Below are positions 9,093 to 22,406 of a stretch of 64,000 nt of DNA, piece after piece (within the stretch, counting starts at the first letter, position 1; the number at the start of each line of letters is the position of its first letter). Source of the stretch: Moniliella sp. 'wahieum'. Its lineage: Eukaryota. The notes below the pieces were generated by a model. That model was not told where the DNA came from. It searched no databases and saw only the letters and a program-made list of their open reading frames with translations. Made by a program: the position numbers and the translations under genes. The stretch spans positions 1 to 64,000 of the forward strand of contig RSEE01000104.1 of assembly GCA_003971905.1 (NCBI GenBank), read 5' to 3'.

Positions 9093-12000
9093 ATGCTGGA
9101 CCGCCTGCCGGCCGAGTTGGCGCAGCACGTGCTGTCGCTCGGCGTGCTGTCCGTGGCGGACGTGTGCGGTGTGCAGCGACGTGTCGGTGCTGGCGCGCAC
9201 ACGCACGCGCCGACTACGTCTGGCGCACCCTCGCTGCCCGGTGGCAGCTCATCCCGTCGCGTCGCATGCCGCTCGTCGATGCGGTGGCCTACTGGAACGG
9301 CCAGTACGACTTGGCGCTCCAGCCGCCGTTGATCCTTGCGCCAGCTGCGTCTGATACCCCCGCTGCGCCGCTCAGCCCCGCGCGAGCGCAACGAGCGCGA
9401 GAGGGGTGCAGAGCGCGCGCGACCAAGGTCAGTGGTACGACGCCATTCTGTTTCTGCATGTGCTGGTGCAGGGCCGCGGCCGTGCGCTGACGGGCGAGCC
9501 GGTGGGGTTTGGCTTCCGCTATTGGGGCGGGTGGTGCCGTGGGCATACGAGGACAGCGAGTGGAGCAGCAACAAGATGGCTATGAAGAAGACGCGGAGCA
9601 AGGGGCGGAGCGGGAAGGACCGCACTTCGGTGGTCGAACGCACCGATGGCCATCGTCGGTGGGTCCTGCCCCCGATGCTCACTCGCTCCTGTGGCCCAAC
9701 GAGATGGGACACGAGAGACCAGAGGAAAGCGGAGACGAAGAGGAAGGCGAAGGGGACCGCGATGCGCTCCGGCTGGTAGAGGAGGACCTTCTGCTTCCGA
9801 TGGACTACGATCATCCGGACTTGGTGCAGGACGCGCCCAGCGCCCGTACCGGTCGCCACAAGAGCGATACCGTATTTACATTTGAGCTGGATAGGGTGGA
9901 CCAGAGCTTGGTCGTGCTGGCGTGCAATGCGGACGTGGGCGCGCACGTGGCCAGCTTGGACTGTACCTCGGGCGAGCTGCTGTGGAGCGAAGCCGTGGTG
10001 ACCAACCCCGATGCAACGCAACTCTGCCTCAGCCGCGACTACCTCTACTGCTTTTCCAACCCGTCCCACCTCGCACTGCACTGTACGGTACGTACCCCCT
10101 CGCTTGCCTCCATTTGCCTCTTGGTTGATTGTTGATTGTTGATCGTTGATCGCCCGCCGGGTTGTGGCCGTGGCGTTGGGCAGGAAATGGTGCTAACCTT
10201 TTTCCCTCGGTCGCAACTTGGATGTGTGCTGCGCCCGACCCAGACGGGATTTCGATGAACGTGAGTCGTTCGGCACCATCACGCGCTATCGTCGTGCCGA
10301 CCCCGAGCTCGATCCCAATCCCAATCCCGATCCCAATCCCAATACCCATCTCGAATCGACCGAAGGTGGAGCAAGCTGCACCCACGCTGAGGATTCTGGT
10401 GGTCCTGGTGGGGGTGGGGGTGGGGGTGGCCGCCAAGCTGGGGTATGGACGTGGGATGCGGAGCTGGAGACCGACACGCCGCTACGGAACGTGTGGAAGT
10501 TCACCTCGATGCGCAGCACGCCGTGGGCTTGCTGGTGACGGACGAGTTGCATGGGGTGTACTTATTTGGCGAGGCAGGTGCAGGCGGTGCGACGACACCA
10601 AGTTGTACTTGGACCTTGCCCCCGACTGAGGTACACCCACTGCTCACCACCATCGCCGTGACCATGAGCTTGACCATAACGATGACGATGACTATTCCGA
10701 CGACGACAACCCGGAAGAACTTTTAACGTGGTGATGTTCGACCAGGATAAGCCCGTGGTGGACTTGATGGGATGTGGTGTGGTACGCACAGTCTCATGTT
10801 ACGCGCTGGGGCGCACGCACCCGTCTCTCCGCTCTGGGACCCATGCATCTTACTTCTCCCCTCCGCCTCAGCCTGCTCTCCTCCTACTTCGCCTCCTTTC
10901 ACGCCTCTTTCCAGTCCGCGCCCGACGTTCCTAGCCCCAGTGGCGGCGGTACCAATGCCGATGCCAGTGAAGGCGCCAATCCGACCCAAGTCATTGTGGA
11001 CCTCAGCCAACTCCCCTTGACCGCGGCCAAGGTCGATTTCGGTCCGTCCCCTTGCGCTTCCTCCTCCACTTCTGCTTCCGCTTCCGCTTCCGCGTCGCTC
11101 CCCAACCCCAGCAGCGAGGGAGAGGCAGACGCAGCGGATGGAGTTTGTCGAGATGGACCTGGCTGGGACGGAAGACGGGTACATTGTGCCCGATGAGGTG
11201 GGCACGGTACCCATGTGGGGACGGCAGGCCACGTTACGATTTTGCCGCCTGTTTGATCCTCCTGATCGGGTACGTACACTTGAGTTGTCTCCCCTGGTTC
11301 GGGTTCTTTTTTGGTCCCTCTTGCTCTGCTCGTCTATGGCCGAGGGGACGTCACAGCAACAGCGTACGTACTGACACTCTGATCTGTGGTGTGTGTTATG
11401 TGTGCTTGTGTGTGCTTGGGGGACGATGCGAATGAGCAGTGGAGCTACGCGGGCGACCTAGACCTGTTCCTAATTGACTACCAGGCCAACACGTTGCTCC
11501 TCCTGTTCAACCAAGGCCACACGCCTGCTCATCCGGCACTACCAGCACCTTCTCCCTGCTCCCTACACCCCCTCCACCGGGCCCACCAACACCGCTCATG
11601 GTGCTGATCAACCGTGGGCATTGGAACTGACCCTGGACCAAGAAGCCTACCCGAGCCTGTTGGCCAACCGGAAGAAGTCGGGTACCTGTCGGTGGACCAG
11701 TACGGGCTAGGCCAAGCTGTCTGGATCGGCACACGGCCCGTGCTGGTAGACTATGGTCGGGCCAAGTGTGCGAAAGAGGTGCGGGTGTGTGATTTGGCCA
11801 TGCCTCTCGGACCTAGGAAGCGGAAGTGGACATCTGCTCCTTCGCCTTCTGCTCCCCCTCCTCCTCCTCCGCCCGAGCCCACACAGCGGCCCCAACGAGC
11901 GCCACGCCACTCCGAAACTGGGCCTGAAAACCTACAAGAAGAGGAAGAGGAAGAGGAGAGAAGAGGAAGAGGAAGAGGAGTACGAAAGCGACGCCTCCAT

Positions 12001-12574
12001 GGACTCGAACCGGGCTACCGTCTCGTTGGTTCGCCCTGCCGCCGCTCCAACAAGTACATTTCCCGTGCCCGCTGCAGCGCCACCACCAGGACCACCGGCA
12101 CCGCCACCATCCCCACCGACGTTGACACTACTCAGCACGGACGCGGTGGCGCTCCGTGCGTTGCGAAATCATGCCCTTCCCGAGGGTGGCGGGAACCTAT
12201 TGACAGGCGTGGTGCTCACGCATTCGGCTGTCTGGATCGGCGTGCAGACAGCGCGGCACCTGTTGCGGGCGGACGATGAGGGTGGACAGGAGTACGGCGG
12301 GTGGGACGGGTGGGGCGTAGGAGGAGGTGGGCTAGGTGGCGATTGGTTTGCCGTCGGCTTCGATTGGGCTTTGACGGCGGCCATGGCGCTCCACCCGCCT
12401 GCGGTGGCTGCGGCTAATGTGCAGCTGGCCTGTAGGCACGGTGGTGGTGGTGCTACTGGTGGTGGTGGTGGAGAAGAAGAAGAAGGTGGTGGTACAACGG
12501 GTGCGGTCACGCGCCAACTGGAGGGACTAGGGATTGGAGATCAACTGAGTCGATCCGCAGTCCTCCGTCGCTAA
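9093..12574 (+). CDS. F-box protein with a probable beta-strand-rich C-terminal region (frameshifted in this assembly; introns at ~10088-10183 and ~11269-11439)
   Basis: The N-terminus LDRLPAELAQHVLSLGVLSVADV..CAATCRCWRAHARADYVWRTLA is an F-box. Coding-like segments continue to the stop at 12574, with GTACGT donors. Confidence 0.75.
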
Positions 12575-12693
12575 TCCCAATCTTTTCTGCACCATCTACC
12601 CACGCCCGGAACGCCGACGCGCCGCCTGTCGGCTGCTCTGCTGAGCCATCCAGCCCTACCGCCCTCCCTTTGTGCTTGCGCCAGAACGCCACC

Positions 12694-14308
12694 ATGGGCC
12701 TCTTCGCCCCCCTCGCGCCCACCACCATCGCCACCGCCATCGCCATCGCCATTCCCACCACCACCACCACCACCACACCACCACCACCACCACCTCCTCC
12801 TCCTCCTCCTCCTTCCCGCCCGCTGCCCCGCGGCTCTTGCTCGCCTCCCCCTCCCCCTCCTCTTCCCCCAAGGGCAAGGGCGGCCTGTCTGGGCGCGCTG
12901 GCCGGCACGCTGGTCGGGTCGATTGTCGGTGCGTTGCTCGTCGGATCAGCACTGACGTTGGTAGGCGTGTACGTCTTTTCCTCTCGCTCCCGCCGTACCC
13001 GCCCTTCCTCTGAGCCCGCCACACGTCTCCCCACCGTCCCCACTGTCCCTTCCGTCCCTTCCATACCCACCGTCGCCACCAGTCCCCATTCCCAACCTCA
13101 TCCTAATGCCGACGTGGAGGAGGTGGCCGCGCTTGCCCCGCCCCCGCAGAAGCACCCAGCACGATCGTCACGGCCTCTGCACCTGCACCTGCATCTGCAT
13201 CTGCATCTGCATCTGTATCGGGATATGCATCGGGAGATGCACCTGTCCGCGCTTCGGCCCTTCCCCTCCCCCGCCCCCCCGATGCGCACCACGATGTACC
13301 CCTTCCCCACTAATCCCACGTCAGCACGCTCGCCCCCCCCCCACCGTTCCGCCTACCTTGGGCCCATCCCCAACCGCACCTCCAACCGCACCTCCAGTCG
13401 TACCTCCAACCGCACCTCCAACCGCACCTCCAACCGCACCTCCAACCGCACCTCCAACCGCACCTCCAAGCACAACCGCCATCACACCCGCTGCCAGTAC
13501 TGGACGAGCGAGAAGGGGAAAGGGACGTGTCAGCAGTAGGCGGAGCCGGAGCGGAAGCCGGAGCCGGAGCAGGAGTAGGGGCACAAGCGGGATCGGGATG
13601 GCCACTACGAGTCGGGAAGACGTGGTGGCAGTGTATGCGTATACGGCGCAGATGGCGGACGAGTTGACGTTGGAGCCGGGCGAGGTGGTGCGGATCGAGG
13701 GGTGTACGATGATGGTTGGGCCGTGATCTAAGTTGACTTCTCTGGTTTCGCTGGCTCTGCTTGGGTCGCTCCCAAGTTGGACTCCCGGTTCCACTTCGGG
13801 GTCCGGTTTGGTTTCTGCACCCGAGCCTGAGCCCGGTACCGGGGCCACCCCTTCCCTCGGTGGTACCCCCCCCGTTGGTGGGGCCCCACCTGGGGGGTGG
13901 GTGCACGCACGGTGCACCTAGTGTCGATCCCAGTACGCATCCCAGACCTGGTCCCGATCCCGATCCCGGTCCCCCGTCCACGTCTCTGTCCACGCCCTCT
14001 CCCCCTTCTACGGAAAGTCCCACCCAACCGCCCGTCCAATGCACCAAGAAGGACGAGAAGCCCAACCTCAAGGTCAAACACAAGCCCACGCCCAAACACA
14101 AGTCCAAGCCCAAGCCCAAACACAAGAGCAAGCACAACGCGCAGGACAAACGGGTGTGTTCCCATTAGTCTGCGTCGCGCGCGTGGGGACACCCTTGGCT
14201 ACGGGACCAACCCTTTCAACTGCTACCGGTTTGGCTCTACCTTGTTCCCCGCGCCGTTCTTGGGACCCTTGTCGTCTTTGGGCCCGTTGGGGGAAGGAGA
14301 GGGATTGA
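12694..14308 (+). CDS. Single-pass membrane protein with a C-terminal SH3 domain (Fus1/Nbp2-type SH3)
   Basis: Hydrophobic GALAGTLVGSIVGALLVGSALTLVGVYVF followed by RSRR. SH3 motifs VAVYAYTAQMADELTLEPGEVVRI, YDDGWA and TGVFPLVCV. Confidence 0.75.
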
Positions 14309-15865
14309 GGGAGCTAGGGGGGGTAGGGGGACTGATGGGACCCGCAGGGGGACCCGGGGCGGGGGGAGTGATCTTACCGTACGGTCGGCCCGGGTGGGTG
14401 CTGGCGCAACAGGGCGCGGGTTGCGTGTGCCTGTGGCTCGTGCGCGGGCGGCGCGGCGATAGCCGAAGCGGACGAAGTCGAGGGTGAGTCCCCCGCCGGA
14501 TCGCCCTGATTCGTGTGGCACGGAAAGGGAAAAGGGAAACGGAAGGGAAAGGGGAGGGGGACGGTGCGCGTAGCGCCACGGACGGAGGCGGAGGCGGAAG
14601 GGCGGTGGCGAAAGTATAAAGTATTCTTTCCATGTTTGGGCTTGGAGGTTCATGAAGGCCCCTGGTCTAGCCTTTTTTCTTTTTTTCTGATGCGTGTTGG
14701 CTGTCCTTAGAAGTGTCTGTCATGTGGCTCGAGGTGGGTCAACCGTCCCCCCATCCACTACCTCATGTCCATCCCCATCCCATTTCCATCCAATCCATCT
14801 ACATTGCACGCCCGTAGCTCTGACCCACTGCATGCCACACGCACACATCTGCCCAAACTCCAAACTACACCCCACACACCTCCCCAGGCTCCCAGCATCC
14901 GTAGCGAGGAGAAAGCCTGCCCCTCGCCCTCGCTCGCAAGCCTTCTAGGTTAGAGCGGCAGGGGGGGGGGGGGTTAGGGTGGACCAGATGGACAAGGCAA
15001 TGTGGACAGGGGGCAAGAGCGAGGACCGGCGCGCTTATCGGAACCTCCATGCCAAACGCTGGCTCCCTCTGGGGGGGAACTTATCTTGCCATTTACGCTT
15101 GCTCTACCGTCGGATCTTTGTGCTATACAAGGGTACTACCGACGGTGCCCAACCGTTTGCATTTTGTTCATAAAGTGCGCCTGCGGGGGCTTCAATTGGG
15201 AAGCTCCCGAACTGGATGCCCGGGATGGATGTTCAGCTGTGGGTGCCACTGCAGAGGGCGTAACTTGACTCTGACTCCTGACTCCTGACTCCCTGACTCC
15301 TGAGTCTCAATGCAGTGGCGATGGGTCCCCGTTCCATGTACAGATCCAACGAGGGAAAGAGCGAGAGACGGACGGAGAGAAAAGAAAGACAAGAGACAAC
15401 AGAGACAGATGCGACGGCGAAGAGCCTGAGACGGACTCGGCCGCTACAGAGGTGACTCTGGCGAATCAGTAATCATCCGTCCTGCTCTAAGCAGTAACCG
15501 GTAACCGCCGGTATTACCCCTCGAGCGCCGGTCGGGACCAGCGTCGCAGCAACCATGCACGACAAGCTGCAACCCACCAAACCAACAGGCAGGCAAGCAC
15601 CCAAACATGGTCTGATCCTATCCTATTGGGATGGAACAGAGCAGGATGGGACGGATGGGACAAGGGAAGTGACGGTCGCGGTCCCATTCCCATTCGCACT
15701 TGTATTTGCATGGGCATTCCATTCGCATTTCCCAATCGCACTTGCTTGTTGCTTTCGGATTTGTCTGTGCATTTGCACTTGGCTGCACATTTGCATTTGT
15801 ATGGGCAGTTGCATTTACTTTTGCTTTTGCTTTTGGCATTTGGCTTGACAAGCTAGCCCTGCGAC

Positions 15866-15928
15866 GCCACGTCCCACGTCCCGCGTGCCACGTCCCGCGT
15901 GCCACGTCCCGCGTGCCACGTCCCACGC
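15866..15928. repeat. 14-bp tandem repeat (gccacgtcccgcgt), about 4 copies
   Basis: Read directly, just downstream of the Tls1-like stop. Confidence 0.85.
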
Positions 15929-15959
15929 CAGCGTCCCGCACACCGGGTCGAAATCAAGG

Positions 15960-17204
15960 CTAGGCCTTCTTCTTGCGCCAGCCAAACTGGTCAGCATGAC
16001 GCTGCCGAAACCGATCGGACACCCACTGGTCCGACGCTTTCGTTCGCACCTCTGCCGCTCCACGTGCTTGGCAAACGACGTGCTGAACCGGAAGTTGTCC
16101 TGCTCCAACTCCAACGCACCAAGCAGCGGCACAGCCGAAGCAGAACCGGAAGGTGAACCGGAAGTTGATGAGAAAGGTAAAGGGGTAGATGTAGGCATCG
16201 CCTTCGTCCCCCCGCTCACCTCACTTCGTTCTTGTCCTTGCCCTGGTCCAGGCCCTTGTGCTTGACTTGGAGCCTGGCCCGGTGTACCTGGGCCCCAGGC
16301 GGTCGACGACGAAGCTCCAACGCGCGGCGCGCCGCTTCGGTCTGCTCAATGTTCCGAATCTTAGCTTCGATGCCCAGGTCCCACTCGGGTACCGTGCCCA
16401 GCATCCCGGCCGATAAGGTCACGGAACCTTCTTCCTCGTGGGTATGTGGGGTCGGGGTGGGTGAGAGGTCGCGTCGGTCGCGGTCGCGGTTGCGGGCGGT
16501 GGCAAAGCGGGGTCCCCCGCGCTCCGACGGCTACAGCGTCGGGGTCCACCGACTTACCTTCGCCCACTTGGTCTTGCACATTGCTCCCCCAGTACCAGCA
16601 CCGGTACCAGTGGCAGTATCAGTACCCGTGGCAGTGGCAGAAGCAAGCTGACGACGACGACGGTCCATCTCTTGTTCAATAAACGCCATCATGTACTTAT
16701 CCACATCGACCGCGCCTGTTTCGGACTGGAAACTGTCCTGGGTTAGGATACGACGGCGTTTGCGGTCGTCGGCGGCGGGTCGGACCCGCCGGCGCGCACC
16801 CCAAGTCCAGTGCCATTGCCATTGCTCGTGGTAGTGTTGCTGTGCTGGGGAGGGTTGCTGGGGGTGTTGGAGGTGTTGGGTCCTTTTGCGTTTTTTGCCA
16901 GGCCCCTCGTTGAGGCGGTGCAAGTCGATGCCAGCACCGGGACCGGTGGAGAGGTTTGAGCTGCCGCAATACAAGTATGTCCGCCAGGGCACTACTCCTC
17001 CATCGTCGTCGTCGTCATCTCCATCTCCATCTTGGTCTGTTCTTGCCCTTCCTTGTGGGCTTGGTCGTTGGGGTGGGTCGTCTGGTTGGGGGACGGGTGG
17101 GTGTGGGTCGTGGCGTGTGGCGACGGCGGCTGGCTCTCGTCGAAGGGGAGCCGCAGCGGCGCTGCGTTCTTCTTGCCGCGCTTCTTGAACAGCGGCGCAG
17201 CCAT
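15960..17204 (-). CDS. TLS1: Tls1/C9orf78 (Hep_59 domain) splicing-associated protein
   Basis: MAAPLFKKRGKK; FQSETGAVDVDKYMMAFIEQEM; MLGTVPEWDLGIEAKIRNIEQTEAARR; C-terminal ASDQWVSDRFRQR...KKKA*. Confidence 0.85.
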
Positions 17205-17570
17205 GCGGACGATGCGAGGGCGGTGGTGGGGGTGCCATCTCCAGATGGGAGAGGCACGCATCCAATATGCACCCCCCGCTGGTCACGTGCATGCATTCCG
17301 CCGGCGGAATGGAAACTGGGCCCCCCAAATTCCAAAGCCGCCGGGTAGGCCTGGGGGTGGCCGCGCACAGACCAGCGCTGGCTATCAGACCATCCTGCCT
17401 GCGCTCCTCGACAGACCATCCGCATCAGATCCATCCATCCAGGCATCCCTCCATCTGCCCTCGCTCCTCCTCTCTCCCTCGCAGTCCCATCGCAACCCCT
17501 CCCCTCCCATCCATCCCCCACGACAGACACGGCAGCCACGCTGCTCCACCTGCGCCCCGCAGCACTCCCC

Positions 17571-20500
17571 ATGGCGCCGAGTACCCGCAGCAGATAGCAT
17601 CACCCCGTAGCGAAAGTATGCTTGGGTGGATTTGTGGTCTGCTACCAGTGGGGCTTATCATCCATCGCACCCACCACCTTCTCCACTTCCACCCACCCTC
17701 CTCCACCTCCGCAGCACACCCCCATGGGGCCTGCGCATTCGCCACGCTCGTCACACCGACAGCTTCCTGGCTGGTGCGCTGGTGCTCGCGGTCGCTGCGG
17801 CGGCACCACGGGCACCGCCTACCCGCTGCTCGTGCTCTGCACGCCCGCCACGATGGCCACCGCGACGCTGCAAGCGCTACGTCTCACCTTCGACGTGGTA
17901 GTCGGCGTGGAAACCTATTGCGCTCGCCTCGATCCTCGCTGACCGTCTGGCGAGTGTGCTACCGCACGTGCCGGGTGCACGCGACGCCACGCTGCCCTCA
18001 CTGCCCGCTTGGCGCTGCTACGCCCCAACCTGCCCAGCGACACGGACACGGACCCGAGGGCCGCTGCGCGTTGACCAAGCTGCACCTGTGGCGCTTGACA
18101 GCGTACGAGCGAATCGTGTACTCGACGCGGACATGTTAGTCGTTGGAGATCTCAGTGCGCTTGCACCCCGCCGCTGTGCCCGTGGACACCGTTTCCACCC
18201 CGGTGGGAGAGCGAGTACCGGTGCAGCACTACGACGTCCTTTACCTCGTTGTCTGCCGCCTCCGCTCCTTGCTGCCCCCGACCCCGCGTGGCCCGACACG
18301 TTCAGCACAGCCGTCTTGTCCCTCCAGCCGTCGGTCACCGTCGCCGAGGGGTGCGCGCGTTCCTCGCTGACGTCGGGTCATGGGACGGCGCGGACCAGGG
18401 CTTGTTGAATGATTTTTGGCGCCCCACTTGGTTCTGCTTCGTCCGACTTGCATCCTGATCCGGGTGAAGGTTCTGGTGTCCGGTCCAAGGCCTGCCTACA
18501 CCACAGCCTCAATCCCGCCCCCCTCGGACGTTGGCTTTGACTTTGACTTTGACTTTGATCCCTATCCTCCGACGACAACAACACAAACAACAACAACAGA
18601 TTTCCCACCACGTGTACCCCCTCACTCTTCCTTTTCCTGCGCATCTTGTTCTTCTTCTTCTTCCTCCTCTTCCGATGAACGGCTGATCGCCCTTCGTACC
18701 GCGCCGACGCACAGCAGCGCGCTCGCAGCCACAACTGCTACTGCTCCCGCCCGTCGCTCCCCGCACGCCCACGCCCACTCGGCACCAGCAAGAGTATCAG
18801 TCACACACCAGTCCTAGCAACAGCCTCACCAAGAGTCCCAGTATGGGTATGAGCACCAGCATGAGTGGTGGTATGAGTGGGGGTATGAGTACAGGTGTGG
18901 GTGTGGGTGGGGAGTGTCGAGACGGAGGAACGTCCATTGGGCGGACGACAATTTTGGGGCACGTGGGACGCGACTGCGCCCGATACGGTACGCGCTTGGA
19001 GCAGTGGCACGGGCCTGGTTGGTGCCCGCTTCGGTTCGGGTACAACGTCCCGGTCCAAGGGGATACACGTACGTTGACTTCGGTTTGGGTTTTGCTTTTG
19101 GTTATGGGTTAGTTGGGTTGGGTTGGGTTGGGTGTTGGTGTTTTGGTTGGGTGGTTTGCGATCTCTCTCGCTCTGTCTTCTCTTGTTCGTTCCAGCCTTC
19201 GTTCGGCGGTCCTGATCACAGGGAATGGGAGTGGGAGTGAAGTGGGATTGGATGGAGCGAGAGAGGGAGTGGGAGGAGAGGGGAGAGATCCTATGCAGCG
19301 CGTACCCAGCCCACCGTCCCACCGTACAAACACCCGGACTGAGTACTGAACACTGACACTCTGTGACTCTGTGACGCTGTGACCTGATTGCCCCGCTTGC
19401 GCACTCACGCTACTCTACTCTACGCCCCGCTACGCTACTCTACCACCAGACATGTGCCGCACTACGACGGTACGCAGACCAAGTGCGCGCCGTACACTTT
19501 ACTGGATGGGGCAACAAACCCTGGGACCGCACTTTGCCCGATCGCTTACCCGCCCTCCGTCCGACGGCAACAGCAATGGGAGTGGAAGTGGCGATGGGAA
19601 TGGGAGGGAGTGGGATTGGGAGTAGGAGTGGGAGTGGGATGAGGGATTACTTTACGCAGTGGTACGATGTGTTTCGGTGGGAGTTTGCGGATCCGTGGCA
19701 CGCTTGGCAGCACACGTCTTCCATCCCGCGCCCACCACCACCACCACTGCCACCAACAGCCTCAACCTCAACCTCCACGGCAACAGCAACCTCCACGGCA
19801 ACGTCCACGGCAATGACAATTCCTACCCCACCAACGCCACCGCTAACGCTACCACCACCAGTGCACCGTACTCACAAGCGCAAACGCAAGCGCAAACCTA
19901 CTTTGACGTGATCCATACCGACCGGGGCATCGAAGTGGTGGAACGTACGTTGCCCCCAGGCCACCCCACCCTCACGCCCACCCTCACGCCCAAAACCAAT
20001 CCCACCCCTCAAGTCAATCCCAAAGTCAATTCCAAAGTCAAAGTCAACCGCAACCGCGAATCGGGCCGAGGTAACGTACACCCAAGTCATCTGGGACCTG
20101 GTGCACAAACTCGATCGCGAAGTAGGGCCGCGTACTACGCCCGGGGGGGATCGGGGCCGACTTGGCGTCCGCACCAGATCGATCCCTTGATTCACCTACC
20201 TGCTCCATTCCTGGTGCTGCTGGCTGCTGCTCCTGACGCTGCTCTCGATGGTGCTCCCGGTGGTGGTGTGGTAGTGGGGATATCACACCCATCGGATACA
20301 TCGCGTCCCACGTGTCGCCCTTGAACCGGCACACGCAGCCGGACCTGGACCGAGCAGGAACAGGATAATGCCCACGTCCACGTCCACGTCCACGTCCACG
20401 TCCACGTCCACGGCCACCACTGCAGTGCCTGACCCCTTGGGGGTGGGAAGTACGTTCACGCACGTTCCCCCCTCCTCTCGTGCTGCTGCTCGTCCTGTTG

Positions 20501-22406
20501 CTTCTGGCCGCACGACCCCAGGGGCGGAAACATACACCCCATTGGCCAACCCACTTGCCCCCCTGAGGATGGGGGTGGGAGTGGAGTGGGAATGGATCGG
20601 CACGTACGTCAGTTTGCCCCTTGGAAACCGGCTCACGTTGTTGCCCCCTGCTTTGGCTCATCTTCGTCGCCGTCCCAGCGACACGCCCGAGACGATCGAA
20701 TCGCCTTCCGTCGGAATGGCGTCGGCACCGACGTTCCCCACCTCCTCCCCAACCTCGTCCACGTTCCGCTTGGCCCCACACGCTCATCCACGCACCTCGT
20801 TCCCGCTTCACCACCTGCCACCACCACCATCAGCCGCAGCAACACTCGGTCACCAGTTTTCCACTCACCCATCTTCCCCGTCGTACCTTTCGTACCCTTC
20901 CCACCCGTCCTACCCGTCGTACCGTTCTATCCTTCCTCTCCGTCTTACGCTACGGCCTCCTACCCCCCGCTTATGGACCGGTCCAAACGCCGTCGCCGCC
21001 GGACCGTCTCCGTCGCTCTGTGCGCCCCACCTACACCCCCACCGGCAGCACACGTACACCCACACGTACACGTACACTTTCAGCTGCAGCCGTCGGTCCA
21101 GCCGTCGGGTCAGGCCCAACCGTCGGTACAGGTGGCCCAACCGTCGGTACAGCATACACGCGCCGACGAGTCAACAGGAGAAGAAGAGGAACTACCTGCT
21201 ACCTCTGTACTCGCTCCGCGACACACAGCACCGCGACGTAACCACCGTCGAGCGCTAAGTTCACATTCACATTCACATTCACATTCGCTTTCCCTCCTTC
21301 TCTCCCTCCTCCTCCTGGCCCTGTCCCGTTCCCAGCGCTAGAGCCCGGACCGTGCGTCCGCTTCACCCCCGCCGCGCCCCCGGCGCAGGTCCAAGTCAGC
21401 TCCCGGTACAGCTCCCGGTCCAGGTGTCGGTCCAGGTATTTTGGGTAGCCTGCCACGTAGGTTGCGCTACCGGAACGCATGGGATGCGATCCTGCCATTG
21501 CCGTTTTGCCCATGCGTACCTACAAAAGTTCACGCCTGCGTCTGCCCCCGACGCTGCTCGCGCTACCACCACGGACTGGGCGGGTCCGCGGTCCGTTGGG
21601 TCGGTACCCCCGTCCCGCTCCACCTCGGTCGCAATTACCGTGCTGCGTCCGCCTACTGCCCTGGGGGAGTGCGGGGTCAGGGTCAGGGTCAGGGAGTAGG
21701 GACTCGTCCTGCCTGGTGCCCGGTCGGTGCGGTGGACGTGCAGCACGAGCAGGATACTCAGGGTACGCAGACGCGGGCTCGGGTGGTCCCCCTCGCGCGG
21801 CATCTCGTGGGACAGGGGACACTGGCACCTTGCACACCTTCCCGACCCACCTCAGCCCCTCCCCATCCACATCCACATCCACATCCGTGTCCCGCTCCTG
21901 CGCGTACCCTACCAACCTGGACCCGGCACAGGGACGCTCCCCGCCTCGGCGCACACTTCATACCGCTCCTCCGCCCTGGATCGCAGGCCCAAGCGCACAC
22001 CCAAGCACACACCCAAGCACACCCCCAAGCACACACCCAAGCTAGAGGTAAATCCAAAGCATCTGTTCGGACGCGGACGCGGACGCTGTCCCCGCTGCCC
22101 GGTCCCTCCCGGTTGCGGTCGAGGCAGGAAGTGCCAGCGGCACCGGTTCCGGCACCAATTCCGGCACCGGTTCCGGCACCGGTTCCGGCGCAGACCGAGG
22201 CAGCTCAATGGCAAAGTGGCTCGGATGTGGATTCAGACGTCGAGTCTAATACGCTTTCGTGCTCTGTTGTCGAATCTGAGTCCGAGTCCGGGTCCGAGGC
22301 GCAGGCTGGGTCCGAGGCTGGGTCTGAGTGGGAGCGCGATCCCGATGCTGATCCCGATGCCGAGGGGGAGGACGTCGAAGAAGAAGAGGAGGATGTGGAC
22401 GAGTAG
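17571..22406 (+). CDS. Glycogenin-like glycosyltransferase family 8 with a long low-complexity C-terminus (3' boundary uncertain)
   Basis: AFATLVT..DSFLAGALVLA; LTKLHLWRLTAYERIVYLDADMLVV (DXD); AAPDPAWPDTF; SWDGADQGLLNDFW; RLRFGYNV; VHFTGWGNKPW; FTQWYDVF. Introns at ~17616-17714 and ~19069-19449. Confidence 0.85.

Noticed and set aside
12001..12014. Perfect B-box on the minus strand (GGTTCGAGTCC)
   Set aside because: It lies inside the F-box CDS with no T stem, A-box or cloverleaf.
12694..14308. Calling the TM+SH3 gene SHO1 because MSB2 is nearby
   Set aside because: Only one TM segment is seen, whereas Sho1 has four N-terminal TM helices.
15960..17204. Functional link between TLS1 and the nearby putative telomere
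   Set aside because: Tls1 acts through splicing in trans, so its position is most likely coincidental.
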